Assembly: GCF_006345805.1 (NCBI RefSeq)
Contig: NC_043006.1
Coordinates: forward strand, 87,916,001-87,980,000
Length of the DNA stretch: 64,000 nucleotides
Direction of reading: 5' to 3'
From: Octopus sinensis
Lineage: Eukaryota
Part shown: positions 12,616-26,604 of the stretch, piece by piece
How positions within the stretch are numbered: position 1 is the stretch's first letter
Layout of the letters: every line of letters starts with the position of its first letter
Made by a program: the position numbers and the translations under genes
The notes under the pieces: generated by a model
Seen by the model: the letters and a program-made list of their open reading frames with translations, nothing else
Database searches by the model: none
What the model was told of the DNA's origin: nothing

Positions 12616-13003
12616 TCATCATCATCATCGTTTAACGTCCGCTTTCCATGCTAGCATGGGTTGGACAATTTGACTAAGGGCTGGTGAACCAGATGGCTGC
12701 ACCAGGCTCCAATCTTGATCTGGCAGAGTTTCTACAGCTGAATGCCCTTCCTAATGCCAACCACTCCAAGAGTGTAGTGGGTGCTTTCACGTGCCACCGG
12801 CACGGGGGCCAGTCAGGCAGTACTGGCAATGACCTTGCTCGAATGTTTTTACACATGCTACCGGCACAAGTGCCAGTAAGGCAACACTGGTAATGATCAT
12901 GCTTGAATGGTGCCTTTTACGTACCACCAGCACGGAAGCCAGTTTGCTGCTCTGGTAACGATCATGCTCAGATGGTGCTCTTAGCACCCTACTAGCACAG
13001 GGC
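12616..13003 (-). mobile_element. RTE-LINE 3' UTR fragment / RTE-tailed SINE
   Basis: Starts catcatcatcgtttaacgtccgctttccatgctagc; reverse complement of the 8500-9050 family. Confidence 0.8.
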
Positions 13004-13103
13004 AAAAAAGAAAAAACTTCTAAGAGGAGTGGGTGCTAAAAGGTTCCTAGCTTTAAGGGTATCACAAAAGGCCTGGATATGTTATATCCATTCAGGGGGC
13101 TTT

Positions 13104-13203
13104 NNNNNNNNNNNNNNNNNNNNNNNNNNNNNNNNNNNNNNNNNNNNNNNNNNNNNNNNNNNNNNNNNNNNNNNNNNNNNNNNNNNNNNNNNNNNNNNNN
13201 NNN
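13104..13203. other. Assembly gap (100 N)
   Basis: Run of exactly 100 N. Confidence 1.
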
Positions 13204-13689
13204 AAAATGAAGGATATATTCGATAATGTATTCTTAAATACATTATGTTTATTAAAAAATGGATAGGTCATGACTAGAATGTCTTTTCTGAAGGGTCTAC
13301 TTGATCAGAACTGACTACAGACTAAACAATAATCTATGCTCTGAAAATTCATATGTAAGTGTTAACTTAGCTGTCACACTCCTACTAATATACATATGAA
13401 TTGAGTTGACAGATAAATTTATTTATTTATTTCTAAGATTATCTGAATTAACACAAAAAATATTTCGTATCATAGTGTTTTCTTTTTGTTTTTGTTTTTT
13501 AGCTCTACTCTTCCTCTAAGACTTTGATTTATCATTCATGAAATTTGAATAAATTTTACCTCTTTTCAGACACATGACAATGGAGTGCCAAGTAGTTAAA
13601 ATACAAGCATTTTTGATACCTGCTTCTCTTTGCTCTTAATCAAAGGTTCCAAAGCCACCAAGCCACTTGAGTTAATTGTGCTGTATACA

Positions 13690-14700
13690 GTGAAGGCACT
13701 GTTACTGAAAGGACTCTATAGAAATGGTTTCCATGCTTCAAGAAAGAGAAATTCGATCTCACAGACTCTTCATGTTCTGGCTGACCTGTTCCCTTTAACT
13801 AGAATTGATTAAATGAGCTCATCTATGCTGATCCGTATCAATCCACGAAGGAATTGGGCCAGCAGATAGAATGCTCTAATGATACTATCACCTGTGACCT
13901 TCACTTAGTGGATAACATTGAAAAATTTGTTTCATGGGTACCACATGCTTTGAATGAAAGAGGCAATCTCCAGCATACTTTGTTGCTTTCTTTCCCATAT
14001 CATCACCAGCAATGAAAAATGGTATTTTTACATCAGTATGGGACAGAGGGGAATGGCTGACTCCTGACAAGCAAGCAGAGCTGCATCCATGCAAGACAAT
14101 AATCTGTGGTGAGGTAAGAAAAGGCTAATTCACTACAAACAACCACAAAGTTAGTGTTGGGCTTCATGTTCAGTAAAGCTACTAAGCAAGGCATTCCAGC
14201 TGAAATAAAATCTAACCAACAACACAGTCTTCTTCTTCAACATGACAGCACAAACCACACATCACTAACTTGATCAGATATAACATACACACATCATTAT
14301 CTATATATCTATAATTCCCAAACATCATAGTACCTGCTATGATCAGACATACTGTACAGTCCATGATCAGACATACAATAGCTATGGTCATATTCTTCTC
14401 TTCCATTTGAGTATCTTTTTCCCTTCTGCCTTTGTCTCTCTTTCATTCTTTCATGTGTAGAAACACACATTATGCTATATTTAAGCATTGTTACTATGGT
14501 AACTGAAATCCTCTCCCATCTACAATTAATGAGAGTAACTTTTCTTAAATCTCAGATTTCTCACCAATTAAACATATTTTCTTGGGCAATCATCTTAACA
14601 GTGAGAAGATTATCTAAACATTAAAGTAAAGGATTAACCATCTTGAAGACAATTCCTTCTTCTCGGACTGTGAGTGATTTCTAAAAGTGAATATAAATTA
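13690..14700 (+). mobile_element. Decayed mariner (Tc1/mariner) transposase remnant
   Basis: Fragmented peptides in order: KWFPCFKKEKFDLTDS, ADPYQSTKEL, FVSWVPHALNE (WVPHEL motif), HIITSNEKW (IVTGDEKW), EWLTPD, LLLQHDS (LQHDNA), EILSH. Multiple stops and frameshifts. Confidence 0.8.
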
Positions 14701-15406
14701 TACAAATGACAGATTTGAAACTAAGCTTCTGCATTACAGATTCACTTCACCTTTATAGCCACAAAGAAATTCAAGTTATTTTCTTCGTAATGTAGCTTAT
14801 TTTTAAATGAGAATATATTGTAAAGAAGGGAAAAAATGCTTTAAAAATGTAACCAATTTATAACATATTCTTACTCTTTTACTTGTTACAGCCATAAAAC
14901 TATGGCCATGCTGGAGCACCATCTTGAATGGTTTTAGTTATTTTATATTGATCCCAGTGCATATCCTTATGCCTGACATTTACTTCAGCAATTTGTATTT
15001 ATCTCACTGCTAAGTTACAGGACATAAATATATACACCTCTGCATAACAAACAACAGCAGCAGCAGCAACAACTACTACAATTTGAGCTTTCAAGTACAG
15101 TGTGAAGATTATCATTGCATCATTAGTAGTCATTACATTGAAATATGAAATAGAGAGCTAAATAGAAGAACTTGAGAAATATTATTTGACACAACTGACA
15201 AGAAAAATATTGCAAGGTGTCCGAGAATATCTGACAAGATTGATGAGATAATCTATGACAAGATTGATAGAAAGGTGTCACTAGATATAAAAGGAGAATG
15301 ATTGATGAGGAAAATATGCTAGTGAATAGATTGAAGAAGTTTAACAAAACATTCAGAATATATATATATGTATGTGTATGTATATATATATATATTATAT
15401 ATATAT

Positions 15407-15446
<40 letters not shown>

Positions 15447-16122
15447 TACACAGAAATAGAAGAATCATTTGTAAAACAAAAGTATAAAACACACAAATAC
15501 CAAATGAATTGCTGTCAATTATTAACTATTATTATTGTTTGTATTGCTGTTGTTATTTGTGCAACCCATGTTTACTGAGCTTCCAGTTAGAATGTAATAT
15601 TTTGTGGATTACTTGATATGAATAAAGCTTGTTTTTATTTATACTTTATTCTGGACTACTGACAAGAGATCTTTTTGATTTACCTAAGTTATACTACATT
15701 TTTCTGGTGCAGAAAATGATTTGCCTAAATATTTTTGGATCACTTAAGCTGCACTCCATTTTCCTGGGGTGATTTCTTTGACTATGTAATTTTCAACCTG
15801 ATGGTTTTTGCAACTTTTAAAATGGTTGCATAAATGGTAGTAGGAGGAGGTATGCACCTCAATGGTTGTTTTAATGGCAAAAAAAAAAGTTAACAACTAA
15901 AATTTTTCAGACATGAAAATAAATTTAAAAAAGAGGAAAACAGAAAACATGTCAATTAAACAGACGGACACATTGCAGAAACATTTACACTTCAACTTTA
16001 TAGTACACACAAAAAAAAGATGAAAATAATAATACTGGAGACTAATTTAATTTAGTGCAAACTTTAAAATATTTACAACACCACAAACAATTTGACAATA
16101 TTGTGAATAGTAGGAAGTTACT

Positions 16123-16259
16123 CAATATGTAACAGTTCCAGGAAAGAAGAGAACACCCAATATGTAACAGTTCCAGGAAGAAGAGAACACCCAATATGTA
16201 ACAGTTCCAGGAAGAAGAGAACACCCAATATGTAACAATTCCAGGAAGAAGAGAACACC
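16123..16259. repeat. 34-bp minisatellite x4 (caatatgtaacagttccaggaagaagagaacacc)
   Basis: Four contiguous near-identical units, no spacers. Confidence 0.95.
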
Positions 16260-16739
16260 TAGATGAAGCACCCTTTGACCATGAAATTTGTCCAAGAAAA
16301 CCAAATGAGGAAAATAAAATAGCTCTGTGTTGTAAGAAACAAGGAGAGGTTATACATGACTCTTGTGACCCAGGGGAATTTTCTTGGTGATGTAAAACCC
16401 CAGCATGTAGCCTTCAAGCTCTCCTGATTACAATATTAGATGTGTTGTTGAGAGGGAGAACAACAGGTTGCCTCAGAATATCATTGAGGTCTATTACTAT
16501 GGACATGAAGAACAACACAGAAGATAGAAACCATTGAATCCTAGCAGGTAGTTGCTTCCATTGCTACATTGAATTGGTCACTGTGACCAAGAGAGGGAGA
16601 TAAGAGTTGATTCAATAACCTGTTTCTTTTAATATCTCTGAATGAACATGTAACTCATTGAACATCGTTTGCAACACTTTTGTATGCTATATTTTGTATT
16701 GCATATTGTCTTTGATTGCCAATAAAAATGGGATTATCA

Positions 16740-16775
<36 letters not shown>

Positions 16776-16825
16776 CATTAGTAGTAGTAGTAGTAGTAGT
16801 TGTAGTAGTAGTAGTAGTATAGCAT

Positions 16826-17035
16826 AGTATTGACAGAATTGTTAGAGCCTTGGACAAAATACTGTACAATATTTTTTCAGCTTATGTGTTGAGTTCAAAT
16901 CCTGCTGAGGTTGACTTTGCTTCCATTCACCAAAGATCAATAAAATAAAGTACCAGGCAAATAATAAAGTTGATGGCATCAACTAGCTCCCTTATCTAAA
17001 ATCTACAGGCTTTGGGCCTAAACTGGAGACCATTA
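16826..17035 (+). mobile_element. tRNA-derived SINE (family C, probable MetaSINE-type core)
   Basis: gagttcaaatcc B-box-like motif, then gttgactttgc...aataaaataaagtaccag. Related copies at ~19170-19370, 21735-21900, 22030-22135, 34265-34430, 35590-35830 (-), 38560-38690, 44760-44900, 62800-62940. Confidence 0.65.
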
Positions 17036-17074
17036 TTATTATTTTTGTCGTTGATGTTGCTAATAGATGGATGG

Positions 17075-17452
17075 AAGCACTCCGTCAGTTACAACGACGA
17101 GGGTTCCGGTTGATCCGATCAATGGAACAGCCTGCTCGTGAAATTAACGTGTAAGTGGCTGAGCACTCCACAGACACGTGTACCCTTAACGTAGTTCTCG
17201 GAATATTCAGCGTGACACAGAGAGTGACAAGGCTGGCACTTTGAAATACAGGTACAACAGAAACAGGAAGTAAGAGTGAGAGAAAGTTGTGGTGAAAGAG
17301 TACAGCAGGGATCACCACCATCCCCTGCCGGAGCCTCGTGGAACTTTAGGTGTTTTCGCTCAATAAACACTCACAATGCCCGGTCTGGGAATCGAAACCG
17401 TGATCCTACGACTGCGAGTCCGCTGCCCTAACCACTGGGCCATTGCGCCTCC
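17075..17452 (-). mobile_element. tRNA-derived SINE (family B), well preserved
   Basis: Minus-strand head ggaggcgcaatggcccagtggttagggcag (A box) ... ggtttcgattccc (B box); second copy at 59523-59805. Confidence 0.85.
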
Positions 17453-17472
17453 AATGTTGCTAATATTATAGG

Positions 17473-17604
17473 TGCAAGCTTGGTTGTGTGGTTAAGAAGT
17501 TTGATTTCCAGTGTGTGGTTCACTTCAGTCCAGCTGCATGGTACTTGGGTAAGTGTCTTTTATTATAGATTTGAGTTAACTAATGCTTTGTTAGTGGATC
17601 TGGA

Positions 17605-17645
<41 letters not shown>

Positions 17646-17940
17646 CATGTGTGTGTGTTAGCATTTATATTTCTATGCATTATATATGTGGATGTGAATA
17701 CATGTGTTTGTGTTTGTGTCTTTTTGATATCATGTCATAGTTGTAAACAAGTGTCACCATCACTCAAGCAATGTTGTTCATTTCCAATCTTCCATGAAAA
17801 TATGTCTAGTCATAGGGGAATATTAGCTTCCTCATAAACAAGCGAATGTTGGCAACAGGAAGAGCAACCAGTCATAGAAAATCTACCTCAATGAATTCCA
17901 TTTTACCCAAGCAAGGAAAAAAAGTGGAAGTTAAAATGAT
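17473..17940 (+). mobile_element. Degenerate SINE with internal (TG)n and RTE-like tail
   Basis: tRNA-like head similar to family A, (TG)n, then gttgtaaacaag...ggaagttaaaatgatgat. A similar copy lies at ~26400-26790. Confidence 0.55.
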
Positions 17941-19869
17941 GATAATGAGGATGATAATTATTGTCTCTCAGAGCATACAACTGGTATCAAGTATTCTTTC
18001 ATTAGAATGCTAGCCAATAAGAATATCAATTATCTAATATCATTAAAAAAATGTCTTTGCTAATTTATATTTTATTAGTGTCCACATTTTGTTTTGATGG
18101 CATTTTCATATCAAAATGTATTATTGACAAATGCATTACACAAAACAACAAGAATAAAAAATATTGCATTAAAATGAACTTGACAATAGAATAGACGCTT
18201 TCAATAAAAACAAAATAAAATAGAAATTAATTTCAATGACAGTAACAACAACAAAACTCTTGAAATACAACCACATTAGGTAATTAATACATTGAGCCTT
18301 AGTGTTAAAGATGCCAGTTTTGTTTCTATGCGTTCACCAACAACGGTTTCAGATGAACAGATCATCAGAGAAAATGTCTATAACCAAACAGTGTTTCTTT
18401 GCTGCACCATCAAATCCAAAAGAGAACAAAGAGAAAAATAATATATCTGCTTGACTCAAGTAATAAACTGAAGATATTGGAAGTAAAGAAAACTGGTTGT
18501 TGCTGATAAATGGAAGCCTGGAAAAAAGAAATTAAATTGCTGATTACAACAACCTATTTTGAAAATTTTTTTTCTTTTGTATGAATTTGATAAAGACAAA
18601 GATTAATAAAACTCAGTCAGAGAGTAGATTCAGAATGTGTAGAAAAGGGAATGCAGTAAGCTAGAGCAAAAAGCGTGTAAGTACAGGTATGACTGTGCCA
18701 GAAAAAGAGTTTGTGAACTCAAAGTGAAAGAAAAGAGTTATGTAAAACAGTCAGATGCTGTGATGGTGAATGAGAACAGAATTTTCAAAAATTTCTTCAT
18801 ATAGACTAACCTTACTATTGAACAAGATCAGATATGATCACAGAGGATAGAAAAAACAAATAGTGTCGATCATATATCTTCAATACCAAAATGAGAGTAG
18901 AGCAGATATCAAAGAAATTGATTAAATTGAGAAATATCAGGCCTAGTCAGAGAGAGGGAAAAATTGTAGAACACAAAGATGAAAAAATTGTTCCGGCAGA
19001 AAAGTGCCATGCCATATTATGTACAAGTCCTATGTCAGATTCTTGAAATTTCTGGAGGCTTCTTGTCACCAAATGCCAGGATAACATTCCTGCTAATTGA
19101 ATTAGTATATAATAGCTTTTTTATAATAATAATAATAATAATAATAGTATGTTGTTTGGTGGAATTATTAATGTCAACAAAATGCCTTGTGGTACTTAAT
19201 AACAGCACTTTACATTCTGGGTTTAAATTCTGCCAATGTCAACTTTGCTTTTCATCCTTCTGCAGATTGACAAAGGAAAAGAAAATTCAAGTACAGTGGC
19301 TAATGTAATTAACTAACCTCCTTTCCTCAAAAGTTACTGGCCTTGTGCTTAAATTAGAAATCATTATTATTAATTTATTTTCATTTCACATTTTAAAATA
19401 AGATATTAATAAATTAATATTTTCATTTACTTTACGGTTGAAGTTTTATTCTTGACAACAAAATTAAAGAAAAGAGAAAAGTGTTCATGACTTTGTAGAG
19501 GGCATTGTGTAATATTTCAATGTATATCATTCATACTTGAAATAAATAAGATCCGAGGTTTTATTTAGTTCTTATTGTTTTTTTAGATTGCTTTTTTTTT
19601 ATCATTTTATTTGAGGGATTTTTTGGCAATTTTATGCCAGCAACACCACAAAAAAAATGGAATAGAATAGAATGTTTAACAAAAATGCAGAATAGTAAAA
19701 AGAAGAATAATTGCCAAATATTTAATCTTGAATTATTGTTTTCTTGAAATGATGACAGTATCAGGTGGCTAGGTTTGAAATACTCACACACTAGCAAATA
19801 CAGACAAGCACAGGTACACAATGCATATATACACACACACATATATACATATATATGTGTGTGTGTATG

Positions 19870-19926
19870 CATATATGCAATAATATATATATATTATATA
19901 TACATATATATGCAGATATGTATATA

Positions 19927-19974
<48 letters not shown>

Positions 19975-19988
19975 ATATACACATATAT

Positions 19989-20028
<40 letters not shown>

Positions 20029-20046
20029 GTGTATATATATATATAT

Positions 20047-20139
<93 letters not shown>

Positions 20140-20157
20140 TATATATGTGTGTATATA

Positions 20158-20205
<48 letters not shown>

Positions 20206-20218
20206 ATATATGTATATA

Positions 20219-20260
<42 letters not shown>
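19870..20260. repeat. Long imperfect (TA)n tract
   Basis: Direct reading. Comparable tracts at 47970-49140, 51110-51377 and 61370-62360. Confidence 0.95.
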
Positions 20261-20420
20261 CATTTACAGACAGATTGAACATGCATTAACATACACCCAT
20301 CATATATTGGAAGTTTAAAACACATAGACATACTCATATGTATTTTCTTGCTTTATGAATATGTATTCAGCTGTGTGTGCTTGTGTGGATGTAAAATACA
20401 TACATGTATGTGTATGTGTG

Positions 20421-20453
<33 letters not shown>

Positions 20454-21109
20454 GTATATATGTGTGTGTATATTTAAATACATACATATATATATCCACA
20501 TACACATGCACACACACATACACACAAATTGTGTACTTTTGATTTATGTTTTCGCTTAACAGCCACTTTTAACAAAACAAAAAAGTAAAAGCGCCAATGT
20601 TGAGAGCAAGGCATCAGTTAATTCTGATTCTTCTTTATATAACTAGTCAATTCATTTTAAGAAAAATCTGCTCTAAGCACTTGGTCTGGTAAGTAGATAG
20701 TTGCAGGGATGCAAGAGGCCAGACCATAAATCAAACTAGTAAAGAATATGACCTCACATCGTTTGTTGTTTGGAAAACAGGCACTGAATTGTAGAAAAGA
20801 CTTGATATTTGGCAGCAGTGTTGTTGTTGCTGTTGTTGTTATTGTTGTTGTTTTTGTTGTTCCCTTCTTCATTTGTGTCTGCAACTTTATTCACACTTAA
20901 ATGTGTGTCTGTGTAGAAATATATTTGTAAATATTGAAGTGTACTTTTATATCATGTATAAATTTGCATATACTTGTGCGTATTGCTCATGTATGTTTCT
21001 GCACATTTGCTCAATGTGTGTCTGTAATTTATTTTTATTGTGTCAAAATCCACAAGAGTATCAATATGAGAAGGAAAAGAGCAAGAAAGTAAAGAGAGAA
21101 TATAGAAGG

Positions 21110-21250
21110 AATAAAGAACAAAAGAAAGAAAGAAAGAAAGAAAGGAAGAAAGAAAGAAGGAAAGAAAGAAAGAAAGAAAGAAAGGAGGGAAGGAAGGAAG
21201 GAAGGAAGGAAGGAAGGAAGGAAGGAAGAAAGAAAGAAAGAAAGAAAGAA

Positions 21251-21299
<49 letters not shown>

Positions 21300-21350
21300 G
21301 AAGAAAGAAAGAAAGAAAGAAAGAAAAAAGAAAGAAAGAAAGAGAGAGAG

Positions 21351-21383
<33 letters not shown>

Positions 21384-21400
21384 AAGAAAGAAAGAAAGAA
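21110..21400. repeat. (GAAA)n/(GAAG)n tetranucleotide repeat
   Basis: Direct reading; source of the 215-aa K/E/R ORF. Confidence 0.95.
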
Positions 21401-21900
21401 GGCCAGACAGCCAAGAAAATTCTTATCTCAAAGCATCGGTTGTTATCGCTGCAACAAAAAGAAAAAACGTTAATAGATGCCTGTAGCTGCCTGAACAATG
21501 ATTGGCAGAAAGGGGCATGAGGTGCACTAGACCAACCTAGCCTGTACACTATAAATTTTTTACTCATCTGTTTATTTACTATATAATGTCCTTCACCATA
21601 CCTGTCAGCTTTGCTTAATTATGCACCCCACTCCACATGGATAGATCCGTGTGGATCTAATTAATATTTCTTTAATTGATATTTCTCTATCTCTTTCCAA
21701 TCTATTGCAGCTAATAATAATTATTATTGGGCAGTAAGCGAGCAGAATTGTTAACACAACAGACAAAATGCTGAATGACATTTCATCCATCCTTACATTC
21801 TGAATTCAAAATCTGCTTAGGTCAACTTTGCATTTCATGTTTGCATACTAATAAAGATTAGAAGCTATGAGAACCACTGCCTGGTACTGCATCAGGACAT

Positions 21901-21941
21901 TCATCGTCATCGTCGCCGCCGCCGCCGCCACCACCACCACC

Positions 21942-22005
<64 letters not shown>

Positions 22006-22030
22006 TTATTATTATTATTATTATTATTAT
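21901..22030. repeat. Graded compound triplet repeat CGT-CGC/GCC-ACC-ATC-ACT-ATT
   Basis: Direct reading. Confidence 0.9.
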
Positions 22031-22149
22031 TTAGCTGGCAGAATTGTTGCCATACAGGGCAAAATGCTTAGCAGCATTTCATCTGGTTTTAAACTCTGAG
22101 TTTGAATTCTGCCAAGGTCAACTTTACCTTTCATACTGATATGGTTTAG

Positions 22150-22370
22150 CTGGTCACATATCAGATTCCATAGATGAAATGTTACAGTCTGCTGGTATAG
22201 TCATATCAGTCAGCTTACAGGCTTTATTCCTCATTGTTTTGGATTATGATGTGTGATTCCTGTCTGCACTGGTATGTCATACTTGGTAACTTTTGCTGAC
22301 TTATGGTTCTACCATTTATCAGAGACTTTAATGTTATATTCCTCATAAATTTTCCCATGTAGTTATGCTA
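22150..22370 (-). mobile_element. Dong/R4-type LINE remnant (restriction-like endonuclease region)
   Basis: Minus peptides GKIYEEYNIKVSDKW*NHK and CKLTDMTIPADCNIS match the R4/Dong KWYEH...CLLID.A.P.D.N. pattern. Confidence 0.65.
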
Positions 22371-22457
22371 CTGTCTCATTTGTGGTGGTGAATATATTCG
22401 CTTCTTACCCAGTTTTGGGTTCAGTTTCATTATGTGGAACTTTGTACAAGTACCTTC

Positions 22458-22917
22458 TTCTACATGTAGCCTTAAGCCAACTAAAGCCTTGTCAGTGGAA
22501 TTGGTAGACAGAAACTGAAAGAAGCCTGTCATATATATGTATACTAGCAGTATTGCCCGGCGTTGCTCGGGTTTGTTTCGACCCTTTAGAATTAAAATTT
22601 TTGAAAAGTAAAAAGTTTGCATTATGTAGCTTGTTATTCTCTATAAGTGAATACTTTCCTGGTTGAAATACACCAAAAAATGGCAACACAGCAGTTAAAA
22701 AATCGTAAAAAATAGAGATTTTCGTAGAAGAAAAGCACCTTTTTGATATAAATAATTTTTAGTGTTAACATGGTCTGATTTGAATTTTTTCTTCTACGAA
22801 AGGAAGAGCAAGCCTTCTTCTATCATAATCTCATTTTGGTCAACTTACGCCGCAGGGTCTTGGAGGATATAGTGTCAGTTGAAGGCTACCAAACCTGCCA
22901 TACACTGACAACTTCAG

Positions 22918-22958
<41 letters not shown>

Positions 22959-23060
22959 TGTATATGTGTGTTTGTGTGTGTCTTTGTGTATGTCTTTCTG
23001 TGTCTTAACCCCACCCCACCCCATCGCTTGACAGTTGGTGTTGATGTGTTTACATCTTTT
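22458..23060 (+). mobile_element. SINE family A fragment split by a Helitron-like insert
   Basis: aaagccttgtcagtggaattggtagacagaaactgaaagaagcctgtcatata precedes the insert; the SINE 3' part (catcgcttgacagttggtgttg) follows (TA)n after 22930. Confidence 0.75.
22542..22930 (+). mobile_element. Helitron/Helentron-like element, second subfamily
   Basis: Same first ~35 nt as 2808-3320 (tactagcagtattgcccggcgttgctcgggtttgt), different interior, similar end (caacttcagctttatatata). Confidence 0.65.
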
Positions 23061-23644
23061 CAACCATGGAATATTGGCAGAAAATTGCTGCTAAAATGAC
23101 CATAAAATTTAGGAGACAGAGACAGGATATTCTGTTCTTGGACAAATACAGTAATCATTCTTTGAGTGTTGTGAATGATACTGAATGATACATCAAGTGA
23201 AGGACAATGAAAATATCTAAAATAATTGGAGCATATAGTTAGACATAAGCTAAGTTGTTGGATGTGCTGAAAGAAAGAACTGAAATAGTTTACTTTTATG
23301 CTTCAAATTTGATCTATTAGGCTCATCATCATCATCATCCTCATGATCATTACCAACACCATTACTACAACTACCACCATCACTATCAATGATTAATCTA
23401 TAAATAGTACAGTAAAAATAAAAGTTTTTCAAATGTTGTGCATTATTGTTATCTGAAAAAAAAAATAGTAACAAAAGAATCTCTTTGCTGAGAAACAGAC
23501 TATTGTTCTGTTGAGTGAACTTGGAATAAAGAATAAAGAAGGAGGAAGAAACTGGAAAATGATTGGCATAGTTTTGAATACATTCAGGTACACGTGTACG
23601 TGTATGTACATACATTTGTACACATGTATATATACATACATATA

Positions 23645-23700
<56 letters not shown>

Positions 23701-25353
23701 CACACATACACACATCACAATCTGTATATCTTATTACATATATATTAAATCTATATAAATGCATAAACGCACACCTAAATGTATATGTATGTGTTAGTGT
23801 GTGTGTGTGTGTAAATGTATCTATATTTGTGTATATGTATGTGTGTGGTTGTGTACGAGGTTGTCTATCTAAGATATCATTCCTTTACTCTCCCAATGTT
23901 TCACTTCTCACATCTAATACTATCAGGAATTACTCTCTTCCAAACGCTTCCTCTACAGGTATATATCTTCAGATATTGAAGCTGAATACTGGGCATACCC
24001 ATCTCACCTGGCTGCAAAAGCTTGAAAAGGCAATGGGCACAGCACATTTCCATGGTGTTAAACGATAAAACTATAAGTCTTGATATTGAAGTACATTGTA
24101 TATTCTCAACAAAACAGTGACATGAAAAAACATAAATTGATACGATATTATCATATAAAATACAATACAGTATTAAAACATTATAAAAATGAAGGTATAC
24201 AATATATGTATTACATAATATGTATTGATATCATTTTCACTTTACATTAGGCTACCTCTACTTTGATTAATATCAAGTAACTTCACACTATTCTATCTTT
24301 ACACTAACTCCCTTTCTTTTAGGCATTAGTTGATTTACAATACTCTTGGCTACCTCCTGATCAAATATGTGCACTTCCATAATTTTTTTTATCCATTGTA
24401 ACAAAATTCTACTTCCCTCACGAACCCACACCATGGAATGTCTACTCCATCTTGATTTACCTTATTATCGTCTTATATCTAATCTTTGTCTATTTTTATA
24501 ACTATCTACTGCAATTTTAAGTCTATATTTTTTTGTCATCAGTTGTCAAAATATGGTCTATGCAATTCAGTCTTTCTACAAGAATGCCAGGAGCAAAAAG
24601 AATTTAATGATTTCCTCTTCATGTTGTCTACTTTTTTTAAAATTTCATGTACAACTACAAACCTGTGGCTTCAGAGAAAGTATGTTGTACATGTCTACTA
24701 GGCTAAAAACATGTAAATAAAATGATATGATATGAACATTTCCCAACATGTCGGTACCATTTCATTAATAGACAACTATAGATTAGAGAAGATAAATAGA
24801 ACTAACTTTTGTGATTCTCATACTGATATTGTCTTAAAAGTCAATATCTTGATAAAGTTGGAGAAGAAATAAAGAAATCTTACGTTATTCCACACCAAAG
24901 ATTTTCTATGAACCATTACAATGTTGTGAAGGAAGAAGACTGAAAGAAAATGAAGAACAGACAAAGCATGCCTCTGAATGTTGATGATTTTACAGTATTC
25001 TTAGTAGATCTTCTATCACTAATTATCCTTGCTATTGTTTTACTTTTACTGTTAATAGTATAATTATCCTAGTTTATAGCACAATAACCATAGAACTGGT
25101 TACATGTAGACAAGAGATGCATAGAAAAATCTGTTGTACTCTTAAATAACATTCATTATAGATTAATTAATTTTATTTTTACTCAAAGTCCTTCAGTAAT
25201 TTTCTACAATGTCAGTATTATATTGAAATTATAGTACTTTTTATAAATACATATTTGTGTTATTTATTTATTTATTTATTTTATATGTTTCATCCCAAAG
25301 GTTGGAGCTATGCTGGAGCACCACCAGTGTCATCACCCTTCCAGTGGTCATTC

Positions 25354-25600
25354 TTATGCTACTGACTTCTTGCGAAGGGTAGAGTTTGACACAGTTGCCC
25401 TCTTTTGAGTTTCTTGCCATGATATAGGTTCATCTGGGACCTTCGACAGAAATTGTTTCTGGAAAACATCTACCCCTACTTCATGAAGATCCCTCAGATA
25501 TTTTGGCAAGGCATTAAATAGCTGTGGGCCCTTGAATCCCAAGCTACTGCTGTACATGGTCCTCACTCTAGACAGAATAATGGGACCTTTGGAACAGTAC
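25354..25600 (-). mobile_element. CR1/L2-group LINE, ORF2 C-terminal remnant
   Basis: SLGFKGPQLFNALPKYLRDLHEVGVDVFQKQFLSKVPDEP...RATVSNS matches the SL.V.GP.LFN.LP...R......FK..LD.FL..VPD.P terminal motif. Confidence 0.7.
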
Positions 25601-26556
25601 AGTGACATTTAGTTTGGGGGGTTGTATAGCTCTTGATGCCAAATTCTAGTGTAATGCAATCACACACATACACACACACACATATTAAGTGAATGAGGGT
25701 AGAACTAATATACGGAATATGTTGTTGTGTCACTAAAAAGACTGTACAGAACCAGTCCTAGGGTTGTTGAGGTTCTGGGCAAGCTCAATTTTGATGCCCT
25801 TACATGTATAATTAAACATTTTTTTACCAAACTGAAAATCCAGAAATAAAGTGTTCATTAGAATTAATTAAATATATGAATAAAATGTCTCATTTTGTTT
25901 AATAATTTTCATATTTTCCTTTCATATTTCTTAGAATATCCCCAACACATGACAGGAAAATAGTGCTTCAGGTCACTATTCAAGTTGTAGATACCTTTAG
26001 CTAGCCCTGAGATTGTATACTTGGTTTGAACAGCTGTTACCAATTTGTTACCCAGTATAGACAGCTGCCAACCACAAGTGAGTATGGCATGGTAATATGT
26101 ACAATACTTTCACAAATTTAGCCCCCCTTGTAGTCATGAGCAAACATAGACACCCTCTTGGCTTCCTCACCTATGACCCATTGGAACATCCAGAGCTGAA
26201 GGGAGATAGGTCTGCATTAGTATCTGGCAAGTACTTATAATAGCTGAGTAGACTAGAGCAATGTGAAATGGGGTGCCTTGCTTAAGGACACAGTGTGCTA
26301 CCCAGTTCAGGAAATGGACCCAATATTTTATAATCATGAACCAAACACCCTAAGTGCCAGGTCACATATCTTCATATAAATTTGTTAAGCATGGGTGTGT
26401 GATTTAGAAGCTTGCTTCTGAACTGTCATTTGGGCTCAGTCTCTCTGAGCAGCACCTTAAGCAAGTGTCTTCTATAACTGTTCTGGGTTGACCAAATCTT
26501 TGTGAGTGGATTTGATAAACAGAAATTGAAAGAAGCACATCCTCTGAGTGTGTGCA

Positions 26557-26604
<48 letters not shown>

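Noticed and set aside
13004-13103. Unusual sequence abutting the gap
   Set aside because: Contig-end sequence of uncertain quality; no interpretable feature.
16123-16259. CRISPR-sized 34-bp repeats
   Set aside because: Units are contiguous with no spacers.
17380-17452. tRNA gene
   Set aside because: A and B boxes are present, but the sequence runs into a SINE body repeated at 59523-59805 and I see no complete cloverleaf.
18290-18530. Strong minus-strand acceptor (tttcttttttccag) with downstream frames
   Set aside because: All three frames hit stops without a convincing donor, and no homology is recognised.
20873-21567. 215-aa and 168-aa ORFs
   Set aside because: Translations of (GAAA)n/(GAAG)n.
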